Source of the DNA: Gemmatimonadales bacterium
Lineage (GTDB): Bacteria; Gemmatimonadota; Gemmatimonadetes; Gemmatimonadales; GWC2-71-9
Direction of reading: 5' to 3'
DNA: 64,000 nucleotides
NCBI GenBank assembly: GCA_965248285.1
Contig: CBDFJJ010000013.1
Coordinates: 1,800,384 to 1,864,383, forward strand
Part shown: in pieces, positions 1-7,860 of the stretch
Layout of the letters: each line of letters begins with the position of its first letter
Position numbering within the stretch: the stretch's first letter is position 1
Translations under genes and position numbers: made by a program
The notes under the pieces: model-generated
The model's database searches: none
What the model was told of the DNA's origin: nothing
What the model saw: only the letters and a program-made list of their open reading frames with translations

Positions 1-443
1 TCGGACGGCGAGATCATCCGCGCGATCCGGGAAGGTATTCATAGAAGCGGTCGGTCACTCGTAATCATGCCGTCCAGTTTTTTCCGGAACCTCAGTGATG
101 CCGACGTGCACGCCATCGTTGCGTACTTGCGCTCGCAACCGCCGATCGAGCCTGACACGCCGCCCAACAGATTGAACGTGCTGGGCGCCATCTTTGTCAA
201 CGTGTTCCCCATGCGCGAAGCCCAAGCGCCGGTGACCGAACCCCAGGTGGCGCCCCCGGCAGGCCCGACCGCCGAATACGGTGAGTACATGACGTCAATA
301 GCATGTGCGATCTGCCACGGTAGAGATTTGGGTGGCAATGCAGAATTCAATGCACCGGGTCTGATAGGCGCGGGCCTTACCTGGACCGAGGATCAGTTCA
401 TCGTGTTCATGCGTACGGGAGTCCGACCAGATGGCGGGGCTCC
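1..443 (+). pseudogene. c-type cytochrome, 5'-partial at window edge, cut by an IS3-family insertion
   Basis: Frame 1 is open from nt 1. SDADVHAIVAYLRS...CAICHGRDLGG...TGVRPDG aligns colinearly with the C-terminal half of the cytochrome at 10555-12788. The frame then runs into the IS end and stops at 451-453. Confidence 0.7.
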
Positions 444-472
444 TGCGCCCTAGGGTTTTCTTGGACACTTGA

Positions 473-865
473 TTGCGAGAGAGTTCTCGCAGGAGGAGTG
501 TCGAGATGAGGAAGCACGTTGAGGAATCGGTGGCGACCGGCGCGGCCGCCGGGCGCGGCCGTGGGGGTCGGTTCTCGGCCGGGCGGAAGCGTGAGGTGGT
601 GCTGCGTCTGTTGCGCGGGGAGGATCTCGAGTCGGTGTCGCGGGCGGTGGGGATCACGGCGGCGCGGGCGTCGCACTGGCGGGCTCAGTTTCTGGCTGCG
701 GGGCAGGCGGGCCTAAAGAGCCGCGCACCGGATGCTCGGGACGAAGACCATCGTCGGCTGCAGGCCAAGATCGGCGAGCTGCTGATGGAGACCGAGTTAC
801 TGTACGCGAAGGTGGATCAGCTGGAGGCCGGCGGCCCTTTGGCCCGGCGGAGGTCGACGCGATGA
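473..865 (+). CDS. IS3-family transposase OrfA (HTH plus leucine-zipper-like region)
   Basis: GRKREVVLRLLRGEDLESVSRAVGITAARASHWR is an HTH. A coiled LQAKIGELLMETELL tail follows. The stop overlaps the OrfB start. Confidence 0.8.
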   Translation: MRESSRRRSVEMRKHVEESVATGAAAGRGRGGRFSAGRKREVVLRLLRGEDLESVSRAVGITAARASHWRAQFLAAGQAGLKSRAPDARDEDHRRLQAKIGELLMETELLYAKVDQLEAGGPLARRRSTR

Positions 866-1755
866 GTGGCGCCCAGTCGATCTCCACCCGTCGGGCGTAT
901 GGCGTGCAGCGGGTCTGCCGCGTGTGGCACCGCGCCCGCTCCAGTGTGTATGCGCGGCGGCAGGCGACACGGTCCCCTGCGCCGTGTCGTCGCCGCGGGC
1001 CGATCGGCGCTGCCCCGGACGACGTCCTGGTGGCCCACATTCGCCGGGTGCTCGAAGCCTCGCCGTTTCATGGCGAGGGGTACCGGAAGGCCTGGGCGAA
1101 GCTGCGGGTCGACGGGATTCGGACCTCGCAGGAACGGGTGCGGCGGTTGATGCGGGAGTCCGGCCTCCAGGCCCCGCAGCGCGCGGGCCACGCGCACGGG
1201 CCAAAGGCGCACGACGGGACCATCACCACCGAGGCGCCCGACGTGATGTGGGGCACGGACATGACGGCCACCGTGACCGTCGCCGAGGGGGCAGCCTTCG
1301 TCTTCGTGGCCGTCGATCACTGCGCGACCGAGTGCATCGGGCTCCATGCCGCCAAGCGCGGGAACCGCTTCGAGGCCCTGGAGCCGATTCGCCAGGGCAT
1401 CCGGGAACGCTTCGGGGGCATCGGCGAAGGCGTGGCCCGCGGGCTGCGGCTGCGTCACGACCACGGGTCGAACTATTTGGCCGACGATTTCCAACAGGAG
1501 GTCGCGTTCTTCGGCATCGAAAGCTCTCCGAGCTTCGTGCGGGAGCCCGAAGGCAACGGTGTCGCTGAGCGCTTCATCCGCACGCTGAAGGAAAACGTCT
1601 TGTGGGTACGGAGCTTCGAGACGATCGAGGAGCTCCGCCTGGCCTTGCTCGAGTTCAAGCGGACGTACAACGAGCAGTGGATGCTGGAGAAGTACGACTA
1701 TCGCAGCCCGGCTCAAGTGCGACGCGACTTCGTCGGCCTGGACGCGGCTGCGTAG
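862..1755 (+). CDS. IS3-family transposase OrfB (DDE / rve integrase core)
   Basis: DDE-type spacing: WGTDMT ... RHDHGSNY ... EGNGVAERF, then a typical YNEQW...YRSP tail. Confidence 0.85.
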   Translation: MSGAQSISTRRAYGVQRVCRVWHRARSSVYARRQATRSPAPCRRRGPIGAAPDDVLVAHIRRVLEASPFHGEGYRKAWAKLRVDGIRTSQERVRRLMRESGLQAPQRAGHAHGPKAHDGTITTEAPDVMWGTDMTATVTVAEGAAFVFVAVDHCATECIGLHAAKRGNRFEALEPIRQGIRERFGGIGEGVARGLRLRHDHGSNYLADDFQQEVAFFGIESSPSFVREPEGNGVAERFIRTLKENVLWVRSFETIEELRLALLEFKRTYNEQWMLEKYDYRSPAQVRRDFVGLDAAA

Positions 1756-1800
1756 AAATGATTACCTTCAAATCACTGTCCAAGAACCCTGGGGCGATAC

Positions 1801-1908
1801 AGGGCCGTTGACGGCCTAGCGATGCCGTGGGAAAGCCTTAGCGAGTTGCTATCGGACGACGACGAACTCAAGGCCGTTTTCGCGCGGCTGGCAGCCCTCG
1901 GGGGATAG
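1801..1908 (+). pseudogene. 3' remnant of the same cytochrome c gene, downstream of the IS3
   Basis: Frame 1 reads RAVDGLAMPWESLSELLSDDDELKAVFARLAALGG*. This matches the paralogue tail KELNQEFMPWNIYANMTDDELAAMWRYIASLNSE in length and motif. Removing 436-1800 (1365 nt) restores the frame. Confidence 0.6.
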
Positions 1909-1909
1909 A

Positions 1910-1939
1910 CCCCCGACCTTTGGATCCGGAGGACTGTAG
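1910..1939 (-). repeat. Short degenerate copy of the tRNA-Arg(CCG) 3' half with the shared actgtag junction
   Basis: cccccgacctttggatccggagg+actgtag compared with acccacgacctttggctccggagg in the tRNA gene at 56387-56460. Confidence 0.5.
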
Positions 1940-1964
1940 GTAGCCTGCCGTGGCAAGTCGACCG

Positions 1965-3362
1965 TCAATACGGGGAGTCGGGCAAGATGATCTTGGGTCC
2001 TTCGCCTCGCTCCATAGCGTCGAGGTGAAGGAAATATTTGCCGATTCCGGCGGCGCCCTGCATGTAACCCGTTTGCGCCACCAACAGTTCGGGCTGCACG
2101 CGGTGTTCCGACTGTACCCACTTGAGACCATCACCCGATTTCGTCGAGCGGTCGAGGAGATCGCTCGTCAGTCGGTCGGCGTACGCGCGGTACTCTGACC
2201 TCTTCGTAAGGCGTTCGATGGTGAGAAAATAGTCGCCAATACCGGCCGATCCCCCGCACTGGCTGACGTTTTCCCAGAACCCGGGTGTCCGGACCTCGGG
2301 CGTGCCGGTCCCCATGATACCCCGCGCACCCATGTGCACCCAACGCATCCACTCATCGTCGCCTGTTGCCACGGCAAGTTGGTGAAACAGCCTGTTGGTC
2401 CCCACGGGCCCGTGACACCACGCCAGATAATAAAGATCCTCCCCTAGCGGAGAGTTGTGGTAAATGAGATAGGTGTCGTCCTTCACCGTAGCGATCGATT
2501 TGAGGTACGCGGCACCGGCAAGAGCAGCGTCGAGAAACTCAGATTTTCGCGTGCGCGAGTACAACGCTGCCAAGAAATAGCAAATGCCGGCGGTGCCGTG
2601 CGAAAAGTTTGGCATCTCGCGTGCGTAGCCGGGATAGATGTCCCATTTGAGACCGGCGTCCGTGGGAATCGCTCGCTCGACCAGACGTTGTCCCGCCAGT
2701 TCCGCTAGCTCGACGGCTTCAGGATCACCCATCATCCGATCGGCATACAGGAGGCCAAGACCCGTTCCAGCCGTACCGCTTACGATATCATTGACTTCTC
2801 TGCTCGCTCCGTCACCGTTGCCGACCGGCCACGCCCTGCCCGCTCCGGCCGGTCGTGCGTTCCGCTTGAGGAGGGACAGGCACCGCACGGCGTGGCGACG
2901 GTATTGGTCGCGCCCCGAAGCCCTATACGTCTCCTCCATGACAAACGCCAAACCCGCCAGACCCGTGTACAAACCTGCCGAAGAGTCTCGCTCGCGACCG
3001 ACCTCGTCGGCGAGGTGATCCGCCCCGGCCATGGCATCGGTCAACACCGCGGTGTCGCCGGTGGTATGGAACAGTTCGAGTAGAAACGTCACCACTCCCG
3101 GACTATGGGTGTAAAGCGTATTGCCCAACGAGTTCGGGTCATTTGGATCCGCCGGCCACGTTACACCGTGATCGGTGGTGGCTCGCGAAAGCTCGATCCA
3201 CTTGGCGGCTTGCAAGGCGGCCTCGAGGTAGGGGCGTTCCGAACTCCGCCTGAGATCGCTAAGGCGCGGTAGGCGGAATGCGGGAAAACCAGCGACGGCC
3301 ATTGCTGCACCAACGCCACCCTTCACGAAATCACGTCGTGGTAGCGACGTTTCGTAGCACAT
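1965..3362 (-). CDS. LanC-like (lanthionine synthetase C-like fold) protein with a Tat-type signal
   Basis: LanC-type motifs FSHGTAGICYFL, WCHGPVGT and SQCGGSAGIGDYF. Start chosen at MCYETSLPRRDFVKGGVGAAMAVAG (an RR-x-F-V-K Tat motif). The longer track ORF to 3614 reads through the hairpin repeat. Confidence 0.65.
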   Translation of the reverse strand: MCYETSLPRRDFVKGGVGAAMAVAGFPAFRLPRLSDLRRSSERPYLEAALQAAKWIELSRATTDHGVTWPADPNDPNSLGNTLYTHSPGVVTFLLELFHTTGDTAVLTDAMAGADHLADEVGRERDSSAGLYTGLAGLAFVMEETYRASGRDQYRRHAVRCLSLLKRNARPAGAGRAWPVGNGDGASREVNDIVSGTAGTGLGLLYADRMMGDPEAVELAELAGQRLVERAIPTDAGLKWDIYPGYAREMPNFSHGTAGICYFLAALYSRTRKSEFLDAALAGAAYLKSIATVKDDTYLIYHNSPLGEDLYYLAWCHGPVGTNRLFHQLAVATGDDEWMRWVHMGARGIMGTGTPEVRTPGFWENVSQCGGSAGIGDYFLTIERLTKRSEYRAYADRLTSDLLDRSTKSGDGLKWVQSEHRVQPELLVAQTGYMQGAAGIGKYFLHLDAMERGEGPKIILPDSPY

Positions 3363-3489
3363 GTGTTGTCTCCATGAACGTGCCCCAATGTTTAGTAACT
3401 TTAGCCGCCGAGGGGTCAGGATGCCACAGCCTACGGGGCATTTCCGGGGAAGGCCGCGTGGCAGTACCGCCCGTAGCGCTGAATTGAAT

Positions 3490-3663
3490 AGCCACGGAAA
3501 GCACGGAAACCACGGACCCCCGCACCCCTCCCTGAATTTGGGTTCCCCTCCCCCCACCATGTGAAAAGCCAACACCGAGGATGAACAGCAGGAGGGTTGG
3601 GGGAGGGGAACCACAATCCGGGTGTGGGGCGGGGTTTCCGTGCTTTCCGTGCTTTCCGTGGCT
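3490..3663. repeat. Nested imperfect hairpin: tandem cacggaaag arms plus a C-run/G-run inner stem
   Basis: The left arm is agccacggaaagcacggaaaccacggacccccgcacccctccc...cccctcccccc. The right arm is ggggaggggaacc...ggggcggggtttccgtgctttccgtgctttccgtggct. The arms are reverse-complementary apart from a few mismatches. Confidence 0.8.
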
Positions 3664-3848
3664 CATCTGGGGTCGGGTGGGATGGTCTTCGTCGACCGAG
3701 ATGGATTGCGGGAGAACAGGAACTGTGGTTGTCCCTTCAATCACTTACCCCGAAATTCCCGGAAGACCATAAAAAAGCGGGGGCGTTGCCGCCCCCGCCG
3801 TGTGCTGTCCTGCCCAACGCCTCGTTGGTTTAGAGCGGCTCTCGACAG

Positions 3849-4502
3849 CTAGATGGCGAAGGCGAGTACGACGACACCGGTCACGCCCACCGTGACCCCG
3901 GCCGCCCGAATCGCCATGTTGCGCCACGGTAAGGATCGACCGTCGAGCCGCTTGACAACTGTAAACGCCCCCATCGCCACCGCATACTGGATCACGACTA
4001 GCCCCAGCAGATAGGCCCCGAGCGGCGCGGGCTCCGCTCCCACAACCGACTCGCCATAGGCGTACCCGTGAAAGGCTCCGGCGAGCGCGAATCCGACGCC
4101 GAGCAGCAACGGGCGGACCTTCTTGTCCGCGGCGAGGAACGCACCGGCGCCGACGACTGAAACGGCGACCGCGATCTCGCCGCCCGGAACGGTGACGCCC
4201 ATCAGGTGAATCACCAAGCCTACTAGGGACGCGACCAGAAAAACCAACGGAAAGATGCGCCCTTGTCCGAAAGCCGCCGCGATGATGCCGACCGCGAGGA
4301 TGAACGCGAGATGGTCGGGGCCGATGACTGGATGGGCAAGACCGGAGAGGAGTCCGGCGAAAAAGGTCCGAGGCACCTCACCACCGGTCATGTGATGTGC
4401 CATGGCTGCCTTGGGCAGACACAAGAGCACGAGCGTGAGCGTCGCGAGGACTTTGCGAACTCCAGCGGTTCGCCCCAACCATGTGTGATAGTGAGAACCC
4501 AT
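3849..4502 (-). CDS. hupE: HupE/UreJ-family Ni/Co transporter
   Basis: Signal peptide, then HHMTGG and GLAHPVIGPDHLAFILAVG motifs and multiple glycine-rich TM segments. It lies last in the nitrile hydratase gene string. Confidence 0.8.
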   Translation of the reverse strand: MGSHYHTWLGRTAGVRKVLATLTLVLLCLPKAAMAHHMTGGEVPRTFFAGLLSGLAHPVIGPDHLAFILAVGIIAAAFGQGRIFPLVFLVASLVGLVIHLMGVTVPGGEIAVAVSVVGAGAFLAADKKVRPLLLGVGFALAGAFHGYAYGESVVGAEPAPLGAYLLGLVVIQYAVAMGAFTVVKRLDGRSLPWRNMAIRAAGVTVGVTGVVVLAFAI

Positions 4503-4598
4503 GTTTTTCCTCTCCCTCGTGACCTAGTTAACTACAACCTCGCACGATCGTGTAAGCACAGATGAACTCCGTTCGGCTTGGAAGGCGCGTTGACGCGG

Positions 4599-5003
4599 TC
4601 AGTGCGACTGACGGAGTACGATGGGCTTTCCGTGAGGCGTGTGCCGGTAGGCGTCGGCCCAGGCTTCCTTGCGCACCAGGAGCTCCGGAGAATCGGCCAT
4701 GCCCTTTTCCGTAACGAGGCGCTCGAGGGCGGCCACCCAGTGATGGTAGTACTGCGAGCCATCGTCCGGTTCGCCGCGGGCCGCGGCCGCCGCGAGCTCG
4801 TCGGCGAGCGCGCTCGCCCACTCCTTCCAGGTGAAGCGTCCCTGCTCCGACAGTTTGACGGCGAGGGCGAACGCCTGCGCCTGCCACGGCTCGGCGAACA
4901 CCGGTCCCTCCTCATCGCGAGGGAGCGGCGGCAGCGCCTCGAGTCGTTCGGCCTCGACGCGTCCGTCAGGCCGGCTCAAGGTAATCCTCCCACATGTCGA
5001 CAT
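4599..5003 (-). CDS. Nitrile hydratase accessory/activator protein (beta-subunit-like)
   Basis: PVFAEPWQAQAFALAVKLSEQGRFTWKEWASAL...YYHHWVAALERLV is typical of Co-NHase activators. The start is uncertain: ATG at 5003 or TTG about 20 nt downstream. It overlaps the nthB stop. Confidence 0.75.
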   Translation of the reverse strand: MSTCGRITLSRPDGRVEAERLEALPPLPRDEEGPVFAEPWQAQAFALAVKLSEQGRFTWKEWASALADELAAAAARGEPDDGSQYYHHWVAALERLVTEKGMADSPELLVRKEAWADAYRHTPHGKPIVLRQSH

Positions 5004-5616
5004 ATACCGCGTCGCGCGCGGCGGCCCGGTCGCCCCATAGCTCCCGCCCGGCGAAGTGCACGGTGTACACGTGCTGTGGCCGGTCGCCGAGTCTCTGGCC
5101 GTTCTCGTCGGTGTCCTGCAGGGAAAAGATGCCGTGGTCCCGGACCACCGTGCCGTACTTGCCGCGCGTGTAGCGTGGTAGCCGTGTGTGACCACGCGGA
5201 TGCATGTTGCGCGCGCGCACGCGCTGCTCGGGGCGGAACCCCGGGTTCGCCGGGGGGTCCCGCCGGTCGGACCGAGGCGACTCCGGGAGCAGTGTCGGGT
5301 GCGGGCGGTTGGGGTCGGCCTTACCGCTCTCGAGCTCGGCGGTCGTGACGAGGTCGCTCTTGAGCAGCCGGTCCACGAGCAGCTTTTCCAACCAACGCTC
5401 GTAGTAGGACATGCGCAGGTAGTCGTCGGCCTGGATGCTTTCGAGCGCGAAGCGGAAGCTTCCCCAGTTGCGGCCTCTGCTCCAGGGGCCGAACCAGGTC
5501 TTCAGGAGGAGCCCGAGGACGCGGCCTTCCCACGGCTCGTGAAACACAGGCTCGTTTGGCTCGGCCTCGATGGGGCCCATGCCGTCCATCCCGCCCATAT
5601 CGTGAATGGTGTTCAT
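4966..5616 (-). CDS. nthB: Nitrile hydratase beta subunit
   Basis: [16 protein letters not shown]...[15 protein letters not shown] is the canonical NHase-beta N-terminus. ATGA overlap with nthA. Confidence 0.9.
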   Translation of the reverse strand: MNTIHDMGGMDGMGPIEAEPNEPVFHEPWEGRVLGLLLKTWFGPWSRGRNWGSFRFALESIQADDYLRMSYYERWLEKLLVDRLLKSDLVTTAELESGKADPNRPHPTLLPESPRSDRRDPPANPGFRPEQRVRARNMHPRGHTRLPRYTRGKYGTVVRDHGIFSLQDTDENGQRLGDRPQHVYTVHFAGRELWGDRAAARDAVYVDMWEDYLEPA

Positions 5617-6344
5617 GCGTCGCCTCCCGCTTGCGGCGCTGCAACCTTCGCCACGCCAATCATCGAGTCGCGCGTAACGATTTCGGCGAGATCGGCTTCG
5701 GTCATGTTCTCGGTGCCGGCCGGTCGTTGCGGTAACACGAGGTAGCGGATCTCGGCCGTGCTATCCCACACGCGTAGCTCGACGTCGTCGGGGATCTCGA
5801 GTCCGAACTCGCGACACACCCCGCGCGGATCGATCACCGCGCGCGAGCGGTACGGCGCGGACTTGTACCACACCGGTGGTAGCCCGAGCGTCGACCACGG
5901 ATAGCAGGAGCAGAGCGTGCACACCACGAGGTGGTGGACCTCCGGCGTGTTCTCCAGAACCACCATGTGGTCGCTCTGGGCGCTGCCGTATCCGAGCTCT
6001 GCGATCGCCTCGGTGGAGTCGGTCAGGAGGCGCGCCTTGTAGGCCGGATCGACCCAGGCGCGCGCGACGACCTGGGCGCCGTTGCGGGGACCGACCTTGT
6101 TCTCGTAGCGATCGACCACCTGATCGAGCTCTGCTGGGTCGACCATCTCCTTCTCGACGAGCAGGGATTCGAGGGCTCTGACCCGCAGTGCGATATCGGA
6201 CGGCACCGCCTGGTGCTCGTGATCGTGGGTGGATGGTTGCTCTGCGGCCACGGCTTCCCCCTCTGCGGCGAGCGCCGCGGCGGTCACGGCGGCACCTTTC
6301 AGGAACTTGCGCCGGCCAAGCCCGCCTTCTTCGGATTTTGCCAT
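5613..6344 (-). CDS. nthA: Nitrile hydratase alpha subunit, cobalt type, with an N-terminal twin-arginine signal-like extension
   Basis: Active-site [10 protein letters not shown] (Thr indicates Co type). The N-terminus is [29 protein letters not shown]. The conserved body begins at about [15 protein letters not shown]. Confidence 0.9.
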   Translation of the reverse strand: MAKSEEGGLGRRKFLKGAAVTAAALAAEGEAVAAEQPSTHDHEHQAVPSDIALRVRALESLLVEKEMVDPAELDQVVDRYENKVGPRNGAQVVARAWVDPAYKARLLTDSTEAIAELGYGSAQSDHMVVLENTPEVHHLVVCTLCSCYPWSTLGLPPVWYKSAPYRSRAVIDPRGVCREFGLEIPDDVELRVWDSTAEIRYLVLPQRPAGTENMTEADLAEIVTRDSMIGVAKVAAPQAGGDA

Positions 6345-6447
6345 GTCTGAGACTCCGGACCGGAAAGAGTCGAGTATACATCTCTACCGGCCGGGCGCAA
6401 CAACACCTGATGTGCGAGCCGCAACTAAACGATCTTCACTTCCTCTA

Positions 6448-7860
6448 GAGGTATTGTCAAATGTTGTGGATCGGTGAGTGATCAAGCGGCGACCTTCCGA
6501 TCCGTGTTCTCTTTGTCAGTTTCCTGCATACCATCTTTGAATTGTTCTCCTGCCAACACCAGGGGGAGAAGTTCTGGAGCGTTGAGTTTCCGCCAACGTT
6601 GCTGCGCCATCTCCAACAGCTTGAACGCCATCGTCAGCCCTTTGCTCCGCGAGCCCGCTCCCTTGGTCACGCGCTGTCGTAACCGGACCGTCGCGAAGGC
6701 AGACTCGATCACGTTCGTCGAACGGATATGTTTCCAATGCTCGGCCGGAAAATCAAAATGGCTGTACAGGTGCTCCTGGTCCCGCGTGAGCGAGGCGACC
6801 GCCTTGGGATACTTGGCCGCATACGCGGTGGCGAAACGCTCGACCAGCGCCTCGGCCTCCGCACGCGACTCCGCATACATCATCTCGCGCAACACCCGCT
6901 TCGCCGCCGGCTGCAAACGTTTCGGAAGCTTGTCCAACACGTTGGCCATCCGGTGCACCCAGTCGCGCTGCTGCCGCGTCGCCGGCCACACCTCCCGCAC
7001 CGCTGCCCAGAACCCCAACGCGCCATCCCCAATCGCCAGCACCGGGGCCCGCATCCCCCGACGCTTCAGATCGCGCAACACCGCCAACCAGCTCTCCGTG
7101 CTCTCCCGATAGCCGTCCTCCACCGCGATCAGCTCTTTCGTCCCATCCGCCCGGGCGCCCAGCATCACCAGCGTACACAGCCGGTCGGCCTCGAGGCGAA
7201 TGTTGAAGTGGATCCCGTCGACCCAGACGTACACATACTCCCGATCACGCAGATCACGCTGGCGAAACGCCTGGTATTCCCCCTCCCACGCCGCCGTCAA
7301 TCGCGTGATCGTCGTCGGGGACAAGCCTGATGCGTCCTCACCCAACAAGATCGGCAACGCCTCGCGAAAATCTCCCGTCGACAGACCGCGCAGATACAAC
7401 ACCGGCAAGACCTCCGCCACCTTCGGCGACCGCCGCATATAGGGAGGCAAAATCTTGCTCGTGAACTGCGCCCGCATACGACGGTCATGCACCCGTGGCG
7501 CGGTCACCGTGACCGTACCAGCACCCAGCGTCACCTTGCGGGGACGGGCTTTGCCATTGCGCACCACCAGGGCGCGGCCCTCTCCGTCTCGCTCAATCCG
7601 ATATCGCTCGACATACTCGGTCACTTCCGCGTCCAACGCACTCACCAGCATCCGCCGAGCTCCCTCTCTGGCAAGCTCGTCCAGGTCTGCGAACAGTCCG
7701 TTCCCTTTGCTCTCAGACGCATTCTCTATTATCCTCAACATCGGTGGCGTGTCCTTTCTCCGGTCGTCACAACCGGATCTCGTGTACGTTTCAACTGACT
7801 ACACGAAAGGATACGCCGCCTTTCTCATTCCTCCAATCCACAACTTTCGAAAATAACTCC
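6448..7860 (-). mobile_element. IS256-family insertion sequence, copy 1
   Basis: The terminal IRs are gaggtattgtcaaatgttgtggat and the reverse complement of atccacaactttcgaaaataactcc. A perfect 8-bp direct repeat TTCCTCTA lies at 6440-6447 and 7861-7868. Confidence 0.85.
6482..7741 (-). CDS. IS256-family (Mutator-type) transposase
   Basis: 419 aa with WVDGIHFNIR...AIGDGALGFW...STNVIESAF, the characteristic Mutator/IS256 blocks. Confidence 0.9.
   Translation of the reverse strand: MLRIIENASESKGNGLFADLDELAREGARRMLVSALDAEVTEYVERYRIERDGEGRALVVRNGKARPRKVTLGAGTVTVTAPRVHDRRMRAQFTSKILPPYMRRSPKVAEVLPVLYLRGLSTGDFREALPILLGEDASGLSPTTITRLTAAWEGEYQAFRQRDLRDREYVYVWVDGIHFNIRLEADRLCTLVMLGARADGTKELIAVEDGYRESTESWLAVLRDLKRRGMRAPVLAIGDGALGFWAAVREVWPATRQQRDWVHRMANVLDKLPKRLQPAAKRVLREMMYAESRAEAEALVERFATAYAAKYPKAVASLTRDQEHLYSHFDFPAEHWKHIRSTNVIESAFATVRLRQRVTKGAGSRSKGLTMAFKLLEMAQQRWRKLNAPELLPLVLAGEQFKDGMQETDKENTDRKVAA

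Larger units (their letters stand above)
444..1801 (+). mobile_element. IS3-family insertion sequence (boundaries approximate)
   Basis: Two ORFs coupled by an ATGA overlap. Imperfect terminal inverted repeats: tgcgccctagggttttcttggacacttgatt (left) versus the reverse complement of aaatcactgtccaagaaccctggggcgataca (right), i.e. TG...CA ends. I could not find a clean target-site duplication. Confidence 0.7.

Noticed and set aside
1965-3614. N-terminal extensions of several track ORFs (1965-3614, 14809-16482, 26733-28895, 33690-34295, 51533-53152, 52852-54234, 54116-55228, 58681-59649, 10555-11520).
   Set aside because: The extensions read through repeats, IS ends or upstream genes and are Arg/Pro-rich. 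Internal Met codons coincide with signal peptides, RBS-like sequences or stop/start overlaps, so shorter coordinates were used.
4578-5348. 256-aa plus-strand ORF and other frames overlapping the NHase activator and beta genes.
   Set aside because: It is antisense to genes with strong family motifs. The translation is Arg/Gly/Pro-rich without motifs.
5613-6344. Possibility that the NHase alpha-like gene next to a LanC-like gene is an NHLP-type RiPP precursor (nitrile hydratase leader peptide family).
   Set aside because: The protein is full length with an intact CTLCSC metal site. It is followed by bona fide beta and activator genes. It has no Gly-Gly cleavage/core-peptide tail. It is a real enzyme subunit.
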